A DNA stretch of 64,000 nucleotides from Alphaproteobacteria bacterium. GTDB lineage: Bacteria > Pseudomonadota > Alphaproteobacteria > UBA11222. Both the position numbers and the translations under genes were made by a program. Of the stretch, positions 1-9,820 are shown in pieces (the first letter of the stretch is position 1; every line of letters starts with the position of its first letter). The notes below the pieces were generated by a model. It saw only the letters and a program-made list of their open reading frames with translations, was not told the DNA's origin and did not search any database. The stretch lies in NCBI GenBank assembly GCA_038318895.1, contig JBBQCS010000001.1:9495-73494 (forward strand). Reading direction: 5' to 3'.

Positions 1-1
1 C

Positions 2-514
2 AACGCCTTTGGGCATATACTGGAACTGGCCCCGCCGGTTGTGCGAGGACAGACATCGGACCATGCGGCCGATGAATTTCGCTGGGATATTTTTCTGCTG
101 GCGGGGGATCCGTCCGATGTGAATGCTGGCGCGCGCTATCATCCGCAAACCAGCAAGGATGGCTGGCTGACCACGCCTGACAATATCGCCTTTGACAGCC
201 GTGGGCGCATGTGGATCGCCACCGATGGCGCCAACGACAACGGGTTTGCAGATGGAATCTGGGCCACCGACGTGGAAGGGCCAGGCAGGGCGCTGACCCG
301 GCATTTTCTGGATGTGCCGCGTGGGGCGGAAATGTGCGGTCCGTGCTTTACCCCCGACGATGCGACACTGTTTGTCGCCGTGCAGCACCCGGGACAGGAA
401 GCGGGTTCGACATTCGATGCGCCCTCAACCCGCTGGCCGGATTTTGATGACACCATGCCGCCGCGCCCGGCAGTTGTCGCTATCACCGCCAAAGGCAAAA
501 CCATCGTCGGATAA
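2..514 (+). CDS. PhoX/DUF839-like phosphatase, C-terminal fragment (5' end outside window)
   Basis: Frame 2 is open from base 2 to the stop at 512-514. The translation (NAFGHILEL..WDIFLLAGDP..GRMWIATDG..LFVAVQHPG) resembles the C-terminal region of secreted PhoX-type phosphatases. Recognition is from memory only. Confidence 0.5.
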   Translation, partial: NAFGHILELAPPVVRGQTSDHAADEFRWDIFLLAGDPSDVNAGARYHPQTSKDGWLTTPDNIAFDSRGRMWIATDGANDNGFADGIWATDVEGPGRALTRHFLDVPRGAEMCGPCFTPDDATLFVAVQHPGQEAGSTFDAPSTRWPDFDDTMPPRPAVVAITAKGKTIVG

Positions 515-591
515 TCCAGGCATCCATAGCGCCGGTCATTGACCCGCCCCTTTAGTGGCTGTAAGCAACGCAGCAACAAGGACCGGACAAA

Positions 592-1500
592 ATGAACAGG
601 CCGCCGCCGCACGATCACGCGCACCCGGACCCCGCATCCTCAAAAGACAGCGGTAATGAGCGGCGTGTCCTGCAGGCATTGCTGCTAACCGCAGGATTTA
701 TGGTAGTCGAGGCGGCGGGCGGCCTGTGGTCCGGCTCTCTGGCGTTGCTGGCGGATGCGGCGCATATGCTGACAGATGCAGCGGCGCTGGCGTTGGCGTG
801 GCTGGCGTTCCGCGTGGCCAGACGTCCTGCCGATGCGCGCCGCTCCTATGGGTATCACCGGTTTCAGGTGCTGGCGGCTTTCATCAACAGCTTTGCGATG
901 ATTGCACTTGCGGGATGGATTGCGGTCGAGGCGGTTCTGCGCCTTGCGGACCCGGTACAGGTGCTGGCTGGGCCTATGATGATTATTGCGGTTGTTGGCC
1001 TTGCGGTTAACCTGGGCAGCTTTGCGCTGCTGCATTCGGGAGACCGGGAAAATTTGAATATGCGCGGCGCGGCGTTGCATGTAATGGGGGATATTCTGGG
1101 GTCGCTCGCCGCCATCATCGCGGCGGTCATTATCATATATACGGGATGGATGCCGGCGGATCCCATCCTGTCATTGCTTAGCGCGGGAATGATTCTGCGC
1201 GGCGCGGTGATCCTTGTGGGCCGTTCCGCGCACATTTTACTGGAAGGGACGCCCGAGGACTTTGACGGCGCTGCGTTGCGCCGCGGGTTGATGGATGCGC
1301 TGCCTGCGCTTGAAGATGTGCACCATATCCATGCCTGGTCCCTGGGGGACGGCAACACCCTTTTGACCCTGCACGCCACGACAAAACCTGAATCGGACCC
1401 GGAACTGCTGCTTGGGCGGATCAAGGCGGTGCTGTTGCAGCGCTTTGGCATTCGTCACGCCACCGTGCAGATCGAGACCCGCGCCTGCCCGGACCGCTAA
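592..1500 (+). CDS. Cation diffusion facilitator (CDF) family metal efflux transporter
   Basis: 302 aa with six predicted TM segments. It has the HMLTDAAALALAWLA and HxxxD motifs typical of CzcD/ZitB-like CDF proteins, and a His-rich N-terminus (PHDHAHPD). Confidence 0.85.
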   Translation: MNRPPPHDHAHPDPASSKDSGNERRVLQALLLTAGFMVVEAAGGLWSGSLALLADAAHMLTDAAALALAWLAFRVARRPADARRSYGYHRFQVLAAFINSFAMIALAGWIAVEAVLRLADPVQVLAGPMMIIAVVGLAVNLGSFALLHSGDRENLNMRGAALHVMGDILGSLAAIIAAVIIIYTGWMPADPILSLLSAGMILRGAVILVGRSAHILLEGTPEDFDGAALRRGLMDALPALEDVHHIHAWSLGDGNTLLTLHATTKPESDPELLLGRIKAVLLQRFGIRHATVQIETRACPDR

Positions 1501-1586
1501 CGCGGCCCCGGCAAACTTCGCGGATGCGCTGCGTGCGCTTATACGCTAGATTTTGTTCCAGATAACAACAATCCGAGGCGGGAAGC

Positions 1587-1994
1587 ATGTCCAAACAGCC
1601 CAAATTCTCACCGGCTCCAACGCCGGAAACCCAGCATTACTGGGATGGAACCAAGCGCGGCGAATTGCTGATCCAGCAATGCGATGCCTGCGCCAGCTAT
1701 TATTTTCCGCCCCGCCCGTTCTGCCCCAAATGCGCATCACGCAAAGTCAGCGTGAAAAAGTCCAGCGGCAAGGCCTTCCTGTATAGCTATGTCATCAGCC
1801 ATCAGTTGCGCGCCGGTCAGGAGCCGTTCGCCATCGCGGTCGTCGAGTTGGAAGAAGGCCCGCGTATGATGACCAATATCATCGGCTGTCCCCAGACGCC
1901 TGAGGCGCTGCAGCTGGATATGGCCCTCGAAGTAACATTCGAAGAATGGGACGAGAACATCACGCTCCCCAAATTCAAACCTGCCAAATCATAA
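1587..1994 (+). CDS. Zn-ribbon/OB-fold protein (DUF35), partner of an SCP2-type thiolase
   Basis: 135 aa with CxxC..CxxC (CDACASYYFPPRPFCPKC) followed by an OB-fold region. It lies 15 nt upstream of the thiolase-like gene, which is the usual arrangement for DUF35 proteins. Confidence 0.7.
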   Translation: MSKQPKFSPAPTPETQHYWDGTKRGELLIQQCDACASYYFPPRPFCPKCASRKVSVKKSSGKAFLYSYVISHQLRAGQEPFAIAVVELEEGPRMMTNIIGCPQTPEALQLDMALEVTFEEWDENITLPKFKPAKS

Positions 1995-2009
1995 GAGGGA
2001 GCAAATAAT

Positions 2010-3155
2010 ATGAAAAGCAAATCAATCGCCATTGTCGGCGCGGCGGAAACCACCAAGCTGGGTGTTATTCCGGATATGTCGGAAATCATGCTGCATGCGG
2101 ATGCAGCCCTGAACGCCCTGGCGGATGCCGGGCTGAAACCATCGGACATTGATGGGGTCGCAACGGCGGGCCTGTGGCCGACCGATCTTGCGTATTATCT
2201 GGGCATTACACCCACCTGGGCCGATGGCACTTTGGTGGGGGGGTGTTCGTTCATGCTGCATGTGCGCCATGCGGCGGCGGCCATCAATGAAGGGCTGTGC
2301 AATACAGTGCTGATCACCCATGGCGAAAGCGGCCGTTCGCGTATAGGCGCTGCGGGTTTTCCCGGTGGCGGGCGTCAATCCTTGCTGGCGCAGTTTGAGC
2401 AACCCTATGGAATCATGGGGCCGACCACGATGTTCACCATTCCCGCATTGCGGTATCTGAAAAAATACAATGTGCATCTGGACAAGCTGGCCAATGTCGC
2501 CGTGGTTCAACGCGAATGGGCGGCGAAAAATCCGCGTGCGACCAATCGCGAACTGATCACGCTGAAAGATGTGTATGAGTCGCGGATGATCGCCTGGCCG
2601 TTCACCAAGCTGATGTGCTGTCTGGTGACCGACGGCGGCGGGGCGTTGATCCTGACCACGGCGGAGCGCGCCAAAGATATGCCGCAAAAGCCGGTTTATA
2701 TTGTGGGAACCGGCGAAAGCGTCGAAACTCCGCTGGTCAGTCAGATGGAAGATTTCACCACCTCGAAAGCCTTCCGTGTTTCGGGCAAAAAAGCGTTTGA
2801 AGAGGCCGGCATCACCCATGCGGATGTGGATCATCTGATGATCTATGATGCGTTTGCGCATCTGCCGATTTATGGGCTCGAAGATCTGGGCTTTTGCCAA
2901 CGTGGCGAGGGCGGTGATTTTATCTGGGAACGCAATACCGCGCCGGGTGGTAAGCTGCCGGTCAACACCAATGGCGGCGGCCTCAGCTATATGCATTCGG
3001 GCATGTACGGCATGTACGCGTTGCAGGAAAGTGTGCGCCAGGTGCGCGGCACGGCGGCGGCGCAGGTGCCGAATGTCAAACTTTCCATAGCACACGGGGT
3101 TGGCGGCATGTTCGCCGCCAGTGGCACCATCATCATGAGTAATGAGGCTCCGTGA
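2010..3155 (+). CDS. Thiolase-like protein (SCP2/nsLTP-type acetyl-CoA acetyltransferase family)
   Basis: 381 aa with a good RBS (GAGGGAG). The N-terminus is thiolase-like (KSIAIVGAAETTKLG) and the C-terminus is Gly-rich (NTNGGGLS..HGVGG). It is paired with the DUF35 gene. Confidence 0.75.
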   Translation: MKSKSIAIVGAAETTKLGVIPDMSEIMLHADAALNALADAGLKPSDIDGVATAGLWPTDLAYYLGITPTWADGTLVGGCSFMLHVRHAAAAINEGLCNTVLITHGESGRSRIGAAGFPGGGRQSLLAQFEQPYGIMGPTTMFTIPALRYLKKYNVHLDKLANVAVVQREWAAKNPRATNRELITLKDVYESRMIAWPFTKLMCCLVTDGGGALILTTAERAKDMPQKPVYIVGTGESVETPLVSQMEDFTTSKAFRVSGKKAFEEAGITHADVDHLMIYDAFAHLPIYGLEDLGFCQRGEGGDFIWERNTAPGGKLPVNTNGGGLSYMHSGMYGMYALQESVRQVRGTAAAQVPNVKLSIAHGVGGMFAASGTIIMSNEAP

Positions 3156-4075
3156 CAGAAGAACAGCCGCCGCCGCAGGAAATAAGTTTCACAAGCGGCG
3201 GCGAGGTTTGCCGCGGCTGGCATTTCCTGCCGCAGAGCGACGCCATGACGAAATATAAGCGCGCTCCGTGCGTTGTCCTGGGGCATGGCTTTGGCGGCAC
3301 CCGCGATGCGGGCCTGGTTCCCTATGCGCGGCGCTTCGCGGCGGAAGGGTTTCATGTCGTAATCTTCGACTACCGGCACTTCGGGGTCAGCGATGGCGAG
3401 CCGCGGCAATTGATTTCGATAGAAAAACAGTTGCAGGACTGGGCGGCTGCAGCGGCGTTTGCCCGCGATATGCAAGGCGTAGACCCTTCGCGCGTGGCGA
3501 TATGGGGATCGTCATTTTCTGGCGGTCATGTTATCGAGACCGCCTTTTTGGATCGCCGGGTGGCGGCGGTGATTGCGCAATGTCCGGCCCTGGACGGGGT
3601 TTCACTCCTTAAAGCCTATTTGCGGTATGCCGGTATTATCTCGGGAATCAGACTTCTGTGCGCCGGCATTCGCGACAGAGTCCGGGGGCTACTAAGGTGG
3701 AAGCCAATAACGCTCCCGGTCATTGGGCAGCCGGGAAGTTTGGCTTTTCTTTCAAGTCCGGATTCTGAACCAGGATACTGGGCTATTGCGCCCGCCGGTT
3801 GGCGTAATGAGATACTGGCGCGTATTGCGCTGGAATTTCCATTCTACCGGCCGATCCGGCATATATACGAGCTCACCTGTCCTCAGTTGCAACAGCATTG
3901 CCTGCGCGATGTTATTGCCCCGCCGCCGCGCCTTGATCTAAGCAGGCAGCCGCGCGGACGCAAAACTATTGTCGTTAAAACCTATGATTGCGGACATTTC
4001 GATCTGTATCAGGGCGAATGGTTCGAAAAATCCCTGGCCGACCAGATCGCGTTTCTGAAAACCGTATTCTCCTGA
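3152..4075 (+). CDS. Alpha/beta hydrolase
   Basis: The GTG start overlaps the thiolase stop by 4 nt. It has the nucleophile elbow GSSFSGGH and an HGFGG oxyanion region. Confidence 0.65.
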   Translation: MTEEQPPPQEISFTSGGEVCRGWHFLPQSDAMTKYKRAPCVVLGHGFGGTRDAGLVPYARRFAAEGFHVVIFDYRHFGVSDGEPRQLISIEKQLQDWAAAAAFARDMQGVDPSRVAIWGSSFSGGHVIETAFLDRRVAAVIAQCPALDGVSLLKAYLRYAGIISGIRLLCAGIRDRVRGLLRWKPITLPVIGQPGSLAFLSSPDSEPGYWAIAPAGWRNEILARIALEFPFYRPIRHIYELTCPQLQQHCLRDVIAPPPRLDLSRQPRGRKTIVVKTYDCGHFDLYQGEWFEKSLADQIAFLKTVFS

Positions 4076-4325
4076 AATTATAGTTCCCGAAATATCTGGT
4101 TTTTGATCTGGATCAAATATTGCCGCCGCCAGCCGCGCTACCGTCCGGTCTCGAATTTGGCAGACGAAGGACGGGTGATATGATCAGTGGTGAGTTGTTG
4201 TTTTCAATATTGGCGATCGCAGGGGTTTCAATATACTGCGCAGTCATGCTGTGGCTGACATTTACATATCATGACAAGCAAAAATTACTGCCGCATGATT
4301 GAAGAAGTGCGGGCTGTTCGCGCGG

Positions 4326-4721
4326 CTATTTCTTTTCGACGGTTTCAACCGGGTAGCCCGCAGTTTTCCATTCACCAAAACCGCCGCGCATATGCGCTAC
4401 GGGGCGAAGCCCCATGTCGTGCGCCGCGCGTCCGGCCAGCGCCGACCGTAAACCCCCAGCGCAGAAGATGATGAATTTCTTGCCCGACTGAAACCGTTCC
4501 TTGGCGTAGGGGCTGTCGGGGTCTATCCAGAATTCCAGCATGCCGCGTGGCACATGCCAGGCGCCCGGGATTGCGCCGTCACGCCACAATTCGCGTACGT
4601 CGCGAATGTCGACCAGTTCTACATTCGGATCGTCCTTGGCTTTCATCACTTCGGCCACGGTCATTGTTTCGATGACCTCTTCGGCTTCTGCGCAGAGCTG
4701 TTTGACACCTTTTGTGACCAT
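4326..4721 (-). CDS. Rhodanese-domain sulfurtransferase
   Basis: The C-terminal half has the rhodanese active-site loop (IIFCAGGLRSALAG). The start is uncertain: the ORF extends to 4769, and internal ATGs at 4721 and 4664 are both plausible. Confidence 0.55.
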   Translation of the reverse strand: MVTKGVKQLCAEAEEVIETMTVAEVMKAKDDPNVELVDIRDVRELWRDGAIPGAWHVPRGMLEFWIDPDSPYAKERFQSGKKFIIFCAGGLRSALAGRAAHDMGLRPVAHMRGGFGEWKTAGYPVETVEKK

Positions 4722-4848
4722 GACTGTTAACCCCAGATGACTGAGTGGTAGGTGGGCCATTTTACACATTACGCGGTAGAAATCTATTATTTACGGGATC
4801 TGGATTGATGCATAGGGTGCTGGCGCGGGATCGCACTGGAGAAGTCGA

Positions 4849-5901
4849 ATGAGACAAGTTGCAAAAATTGCCGGGATTAACCTGTTGGTCATAGTAATAA
4901 TATTGCTTATGGGTGAAGGGATCGCGCGCTATTCGGTTCGCTACAATCCATCTTATTATACCAGCGTCAACGCTACCGATGCGGTAATTGAGTATCCCTA
5001 TGGGATTATCAAGCGCAATTCGCAGGGGCACCCCGACGACGAGTTCGATCTAGCTGATCCGCGGCCGCGTATCGCCTATGTTGGCGATTCGGTCACCATG
5101 GGTGTCGGCGCCGGGCACGGCTATCGATTTTCCGACATTCTGGAACAACGTTTTCCACAATATCAGCACATGACGCTGGCAAGCATCGGAGACAGTTTCG
5201 ACAGTAAGAAATATATGGACGGGCGTGTGGCCGTCGCGAAAGAGCTGGGTACGTCCCAATTTATTTATTTTTATAATTTGAACGACACCTTGCCAACAGT
5301 TACCGCAGGCGCTGGCGACCCGGCAATGGTGCGAGGGTCACCATTGGCGCGGACCATCAATTTTGTAAAAATGCGGACCGAGTTTCTCCGTAACAAAAGC
5401 TATTTGTTTAATTGGGTGCGGTTCAAGGGGCGTAATGCGCTCGCCCGATTTGGCGTTGGATATCGCGGCGAGCCAAGTTATGAATTATTTCCAGAGCAGA
5501 ACGCCGCTGTGTTGGATGACGTGGCGGAGCGAATAAACTATCTTGCCGCGAAGCTGGAAAAGGAAGGTATCGCCTTTACACTGGTGCTGTTGCCCTACGA
5601 GATGCAAATTTCAAAGGACGCGGCGGATACATACTCCAGGCTTGGCATAAAATGGGACGACGGGTTTATCGCTGGCAACACCCAGGACGAAATCAGGGCG
5701 CGGCTGGATCCGGGTATTATCGTGTTCGATGCGCGCGACGCTTTCGTCCAGGCCCCGCAAGATCGTTTGAATATCAAAACCGGCCAATATTTTGTCTATA
5801 ACAAGGGCGATTCGCTGGATTGGAACCATCCAAACCGGGAAGGACACGCGCTGATCGCCAATTTTCTGCAGCGCGAGGAGCTGTTTCGCCAACTGCAATG
5901 A
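4849..5901 (+). CDS. SGNH/GDSL-type hydrolase with an N-terminal membrane anchor
   Basis: RBS GGAGAAG; TM helix INLLVIVIILLMG; GDSx block YVGDSVTMG; C-terminal catalytic D..H block (DSLDWNHPNREGHALIA). The gene is clearly lower in GC than its neighbours. Confidence 0.6.
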   Translation: MRQVAKIAGINLLVIVIILLMGEGIARYSVRYNPSYYTSVNATDAVIEYPYGIIKRNSQGHPDDEFDLADPRPRIAYVGDSVTMGVGAGHGYRFSDILEQRFPQYQHMTLASIGDSFDSKKYMDGRVAVAKELGTSQFIYFYNLNDTLPTVTAGAGDPAMVRGSPLARTINFVKMRTEFLRNKSYLFNWVRFKGRNALARFGVGYRGEPSYELFPEQNAAVLDDVAERINYLAAKLEKEGIAFTLVLLPYEMQISKDAADTYSRLGIKWDDGFIAGNTQDEIRARLDPGIIVFDARDAFVQAPQDRLNIKTGQYFVYNKGDSLDWNHPNREGHALIANFLQREELFRQLQ

Positions 5902-5952
5902 GAGCGGTTACTGCTTGTTTCAATTAGCCGGATTATGCGTTAAACACCGCGC

Positions 5953-6885
5953 ATGACATCCATATCCAGTGCTGACAGGCCCCCGCCCCAGCCGATTTCC
6001 AGGAATCTTAAAGGCATGTTGCTGATGCTCCTTTCAGGAGTGGCGGTAGCATGTATGTCGGGGGTGATCGTGCATCTGGTCAAGACCCAGCATCCGTTTG
6101 AGGTGGCGTTTTTCCGCAATATATTGGGGTTGATTTTGTTGCTGCCGCTGCTGGCTGGCAAGGGGGGTATGGCGCATTTGCGTACGGGCCGGCTGGGGCC
6201 GCTGGTGTGGCGCGGGATGCTAAGCGCCATTTCCATGATGTGCTATTTTTATGGCGTGGGGCTAATTCCGCTGGCCGAGGTAACCGCGCTGTCGTTTGTG
6301 GGGCCGCTGTTTGCAACGGTTATCGCCGTGCTTGTGCTGGGGGAACGCATTCGCCTGCGGCGCACTGTGGCTCTGGTTGTGGGTTTCTCCGGCGCATTGA
6401 TCATTCTGCGTCCCGGGTTCCATGAGATCGGCCTGGGTACACTGCTGATCTTTGGGTCAGCGGCGTCATGGTCAATCTCAATGATCATCATCAAAGTACT
6501 GACCAAGACAGAATCCGCCTTGACGCAAAGTATTTATACTCTGGTCATGCTGACCCCGATTACCGGCCTTGCGGCCTTGCCGTATTGGCAAACGCCCAAT
6601 CTGGAGGAATTTGGCTGGATGATCGTGATGGCGGCATTGGGAACCGGCGCACAACTGGCTTTTACCGAAGCCTTCAAACTGTCAGATTTGACCGCATTGT
6701 TGCCGCTTGATTTCACCAAGCTGATCTGGGCCGCCATGGTGGGGTATCTGTTTTTCGCCCAGACACCGGACATCTGGGTGTTTATTGGGGGCGCGGTGAT
6801 TTTCGCCTCGACGACCTATATTGCGTTGCGTGAAGCGCAGATTAAAAGAAAAGCTATGGCCGAAGTCCCGGAACTGCCGGTCTAA
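5953..6885 (+). CDS. DMT superfamily (EamA-like) transporter
   Basis: 310 aa with 10 predicted TM helices in two EamA-like repeats. Confidence 0.8.
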   Translation: MTSISSADRPPPQPISRNLKGMLLMLLSGVAVACMSGVIVHLVKTQHPFEVAFFRNILGLILLLPLLAGKGGMAHLRTGRLGPLVWRGMLSAISMMCYFYGVGLIPLAEVTALSFVGPLFATVIAVLVLGERIRLRRTVALVVGFSGALIILRPGFHEIGLGTLLIFGSAASWSISMIIIKVLTKTESALTQSIYTLVMLTPITGLAALPYWQTPNLEEFGWMIVMAALGTGAQLAFTEAFKLSDLTALLPLDFTKLIWAAMVGYLFFAQTPDIWVFIGGAVIFASTTYIALREAQIKRKAMAEVPELPV

Positions 6886-6966
6886 ATCGGGGTTCACTAT
6901 CGCATCATTGTAAGCTTATAAAATACCTGGATAACGCTATATAGCCTTGAGGGGAGCCGATCAGAC

Positions 6967-7689
6967 ATGCGAGATCTATTGGATTTTACCGGCAAGACGG
7001 TTGTAGTTACCGGCGGTTCCACAGGCATCGGCAACGGTATCGCACGCGCGTTTCGTGATCATGGCGCGAAGCTGATTATTACCGCCAGCCGGGAACGCGC
7101 GGCCTACGACACGGATATGGACGGCATGGATTATCATCAGGTCGATATCGCCGATGATGACGCCATGCGCGCCTTTGCCGCCCAGGTGTCCAGCCTGGAT
7201 GTGCTGGTCAACAGCGTGGGTACGGTGGTCTACAAGCGCAAGGAATTTCAGATGCCCACCTTCCGCCATGTGGTGGATGTGAACCTGAACGGGGTGATGC
7301 ATGCCTGCGTGCTGTTTCATGACAAGCTGCTGGCCACGAAGGGCAATATTGTGAATATCGCCTCCGTCGCCAGTTTTCGGCCCACCCGTGGCAATCCGGC
7401 CTATAGCGCCTCCAAGGGGGGGCTGGCCCTGCTGACCAAAAGCCTGGCAGACGCATGGGGGCCGGAAGGCATACGGGTAAATGGCCTGGCGCCGGGTTTT
7501 GTGGCCACCAAAATCACCGCCGTCAGCTATGATAATCCTGAAATCAACGAAGGCATTGTCAACACCACCCCGCTGCGCCGTTGGGGAACGCCAGAGGAAA
7601 TGGGCCAGGTGGCATTGTTTCTGGCCTCCGACATGGCGTCGTTTATGACCGGGCATACAATCCCGGTGGACGGCGGGCAGAGTCTTTAG
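6967..7689 (+). CDS. SDR-family oxidoreductase
   Basis: TGGSTGIGNGIA cofactor-binding motif; catalytic YSASK (YxxxK); RBS GAGGGGAG. Confidence 0.85.
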   Translation: MRDLLDFTGKTVVVTGGSTGIGNGIARAFRDHGAKLIITASRERAAYDTDMDGMDYHQVDIADDDAMRAFAAQVSSLDVLVNSVGTVVYKRKEFQMPTFRHVVDVNLNGVMHACVLFHDKLLATKGNIVNIASVASFRPTRGNPAYSASKGGLALLTKSLADAWGPEGIRVNGLAPGFVATKITAVSYDNPEINEGIVNTTPLRRWGTPEEMGQVALFLASDMASFMTGHTIPVDGGQSL

Positions 7690-7736
7690 CGATATTGCGA
7701 TACAAAAAGAAGCGCCCATAAGGGCGTACATACCCG

Positions 7737-9299
7737 ATGGGAGGAATGGGCGTGCACATTAATATTGGAGGATTGCTTGCAAAGCGGGCGCAGCTTAGCC
7801 CGAAACTGGAAGGGCTGTATGATGTCGCCAATAATCTGCGGCTAAGCTATGCGCAGTTTAATGCGCGGGTAGACCAGGCGGCCAACATGATTTCGGCGCT
7901 TGGGCTTAAAAAGGGAGACCGGGTCGCTCTGCTGCTAATGAACAGCATCGAATTTGTGGAAGGTTTTTTGGCCTGCGCCAAGCTCGGTTTGGTGGTGGTG
8001 CCGCTGAACTGGCGGCTGGTGCCGGATGAACTTGAATTTATCCTCAAGGACAGTGGCAGTACGGTGCTGATATTCGGCGGGGAGTTTACCGCCAATGTCG
8101 ATGAACTGCATGCGCGCGGCGCCAAAACTGATCTCACCCAATGGCTCTATGTCGGGCCGGATACGAATTGCCCGAAATATGCGCGCTCCTATTCTGCACT
8201 AACCAAAGTTGCGGCCGCCACGCCGGTAAACATCACCGCTGGTGAAGACGACATGCTCTATATCATGTATACGTCCGGCACGACGGGTCTGCCCAAGGGC
8301 GTTGTGCATACCCATAATACCAGCTTCTGGGCGATCGCCACGCTTTCCGCCACAGCGGATATGCGGTTATATGACCGCTTTTTGTTGACCCTGCCGATGT
8401 TCCATGTGGGGGCGCTGCTGCCGTTGATGGTCTGCATTTATAATGGTCTGTCTTGTGTGATGCAGCGCGCCTTTGACCCCGCAACCACCTGGAAACTGAT
8501 CGAAGCTGAGAAAATCAATGTGGCGATGCTGGTGCCCGCCATGGTGAATTTCATGTTGCAGGCGCCGGAAATCGAAACCGTCGATGCGGCGTGCCTGCGC
8601 TATTTCTTCTGTGGCGCAGCGCCCGTGCCGGACCATCTGGTTTTATCCTATGACAAGCGCGAAATTCCAGTATTGCAGATTTACGGCCTAACCGAAACCT
8701 GCGGTCCGGTGTGTCTGGTTAGCCTGGATGATTATATGGAGAAGCTAGGTTCGACCGGCAAAGCCTTCATGCACACCGATGTGCGCATTATCGATGCGGA
8801 AACCGGCAAGGATATGCCCGCTAACACACCTGGCGAACTGATCACCCGCTCCAAGCATAATATGATCGAATATTGGAATCGTGAAAAAGCCACCGCTGAA
8901 ACCCTGCGCGATGGCTGGCTTTACACTGGCGATATCGCCCGGATGGACGAGGACGGGTATGTATTTATCGCCGACCGCAGCAAGGACATGATCATTTCAG
9001 GCGGCGAGAACGTGTATCCGGCGGAGATCGAAGGTGTGTTGCTGACCCACCCCAAAATCCGCGAAGTGGCGGTGATCGGGCAGGCTTCGGCAAAATGGGG
9101 CGAATCGCCCCTGGCCGTGGTGGTGAAGGCCGATCCGTCGTTGACCGAGGAAGAGGTTCTGGGCTTCGCGAACGGGAAATTATCGCGCTTCAAACTGCCA
9201 AAGGTTGCCGTATTCATCGATGAGATACCGCGAAATCCGTCCGGCAAGGTGCTGAAACGCGTGCTGCGTGAGCAATTCCCTGATGACGCGCCGGAATAA
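7737..9299 (+). CDS. AMP-dependent acyl-CoA synthetase/ligase (long-chain fatty acid--CoA ligase type)
   Basis: AMP-binding signature YTSGTTGLPKGV, plus the TGD..GY motif and a C-terminal PRNPSGKVLK. The start may instead be the GTG at 7752, which has better SD spacing. Confidence 0.85.
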   Translation: MGGMGVHINIGGLLAKRAQLSPKLEGLYDVANNLRLSYAQFNARVDQAANMISALGLKKGDRVALLLMNSIEFVEGFLACAKLGLVVVPLNWRLVPDELEFILKDSGSTVLIFGGEFTANVDELHARGAKTDLTQWLYVGPDTNCPKYARSYSALTKVAAATPVNITAGEDDMLYIMYTSGTTGLPKGVVHTHNTSFWAIATLSATADMRLYDRFLLTLPMFHVGALLPLMVCIYNGLSCVMQRAFDPATTWKLIEAEKINVAMLVPAMVNFMLQAPEIETVDAACLRYFFCGAAPVPDHLVLSYDKREIPVLQIYGLTETCGPVCLVSLDDYMEKLGSTGKAFMHTDVRIIDAETGKDMPANTPGELITRSKHNMIEYWNREKATAETLRDGWLYTGDIARMDEDGYVFIADRSKDMIISGGENVYPAEIEGVLLTHPKIREVAVIGQASAKWGESPLAVVVKADPSLTEEEVLGFANGKLSRFKLPKVAVFIDEIPRNPSGKVLKRVLREQFPDDAPE

Positions 9300-9347
9300 G
9301 CGGGTTAAACCTATCCAATATCAATATTTTCAAATGGAGTGAAGACG

Positions 9348-9794
9348 ATGGCGACCAATGCCGAAAAAATGCAGGAAAAATTCAACAAGGAAATTGGCGA
9401 CAGCTTTATCGCCAGCAGTGACAAACAGACCGGACTAGGCGAGTATCTTGGCATCAGGCTGGTTTCGTTCAGCCCCGGCAAGCTTGTCGCTGAACTGAAA
9501 GTGAAAGACGACTTGCTGACCCCGTTCGGCAATCTGCATGGCGGCGTGATGTCGGCCTTTACCGATCATGTCCTGGGCTGTGTGTGCTATCCGCATATGA
9601 GCAAGGGCCAATGGGCGGCGACCACCGAGTTCAAGCTCAATCTGCTGGCTCCGGTGAGCAAGGGCACGGTGCGCGCGGTTGCCGAAATCATCAACATGAC
9701 CCGCACCACGGCGGTCGTGCAGATCAGCATGGACAATGATGGGCGTCCCTGTGTCGCGGCGCAAGGCACCGTGCTGATCATGGACCCGCGTTAG
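9348..9794 (+). CDS. PaaI-family hotdog thioesterase
   Basis: About 148 aa; HGG motif (NLHGGVMSAFTDHVLG) typical of PaaI/YbgC-like 4HBT-fold thioesterases. An SD (GGAG) lies 8 nt upstream of the ATG at 9348; the ORF track starts at the GTG at 9339. Confidence 0.75.
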   Translation: MATNAEKMQEKFNKEIGDSFIASSDKQTGLGEYLGIRLVSFSPGKLVAELKVKDDLLTPFGNLHGGVMSAFTDHVLGCVCYPHMSKGQWAATTEFKLNLLAPVSKGTVRAVAEIINMTRTTAVVQISMDNDGRPCVAAQGTVLIMDPR

Positions 9795-9820
9795 GGGACG
9801 TCGGCGGTAACGTAATTTCA

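Noticed and set aside
2022-3095. Long antisense ORFs opposite real genes (e.g. 2022..3095-, 6976..7731-, 10970..12052+, 19668..20708-, 23251..23805+, 14545..15141-, 15181..15750-)
   Set aside because: They are typical high-GC shadow ORFs. They have no RBS, no recognisable motifs and low-complexity Arg/Ala/Pro-rich translations. The opposite strand carries clearly identifiable enzymes.
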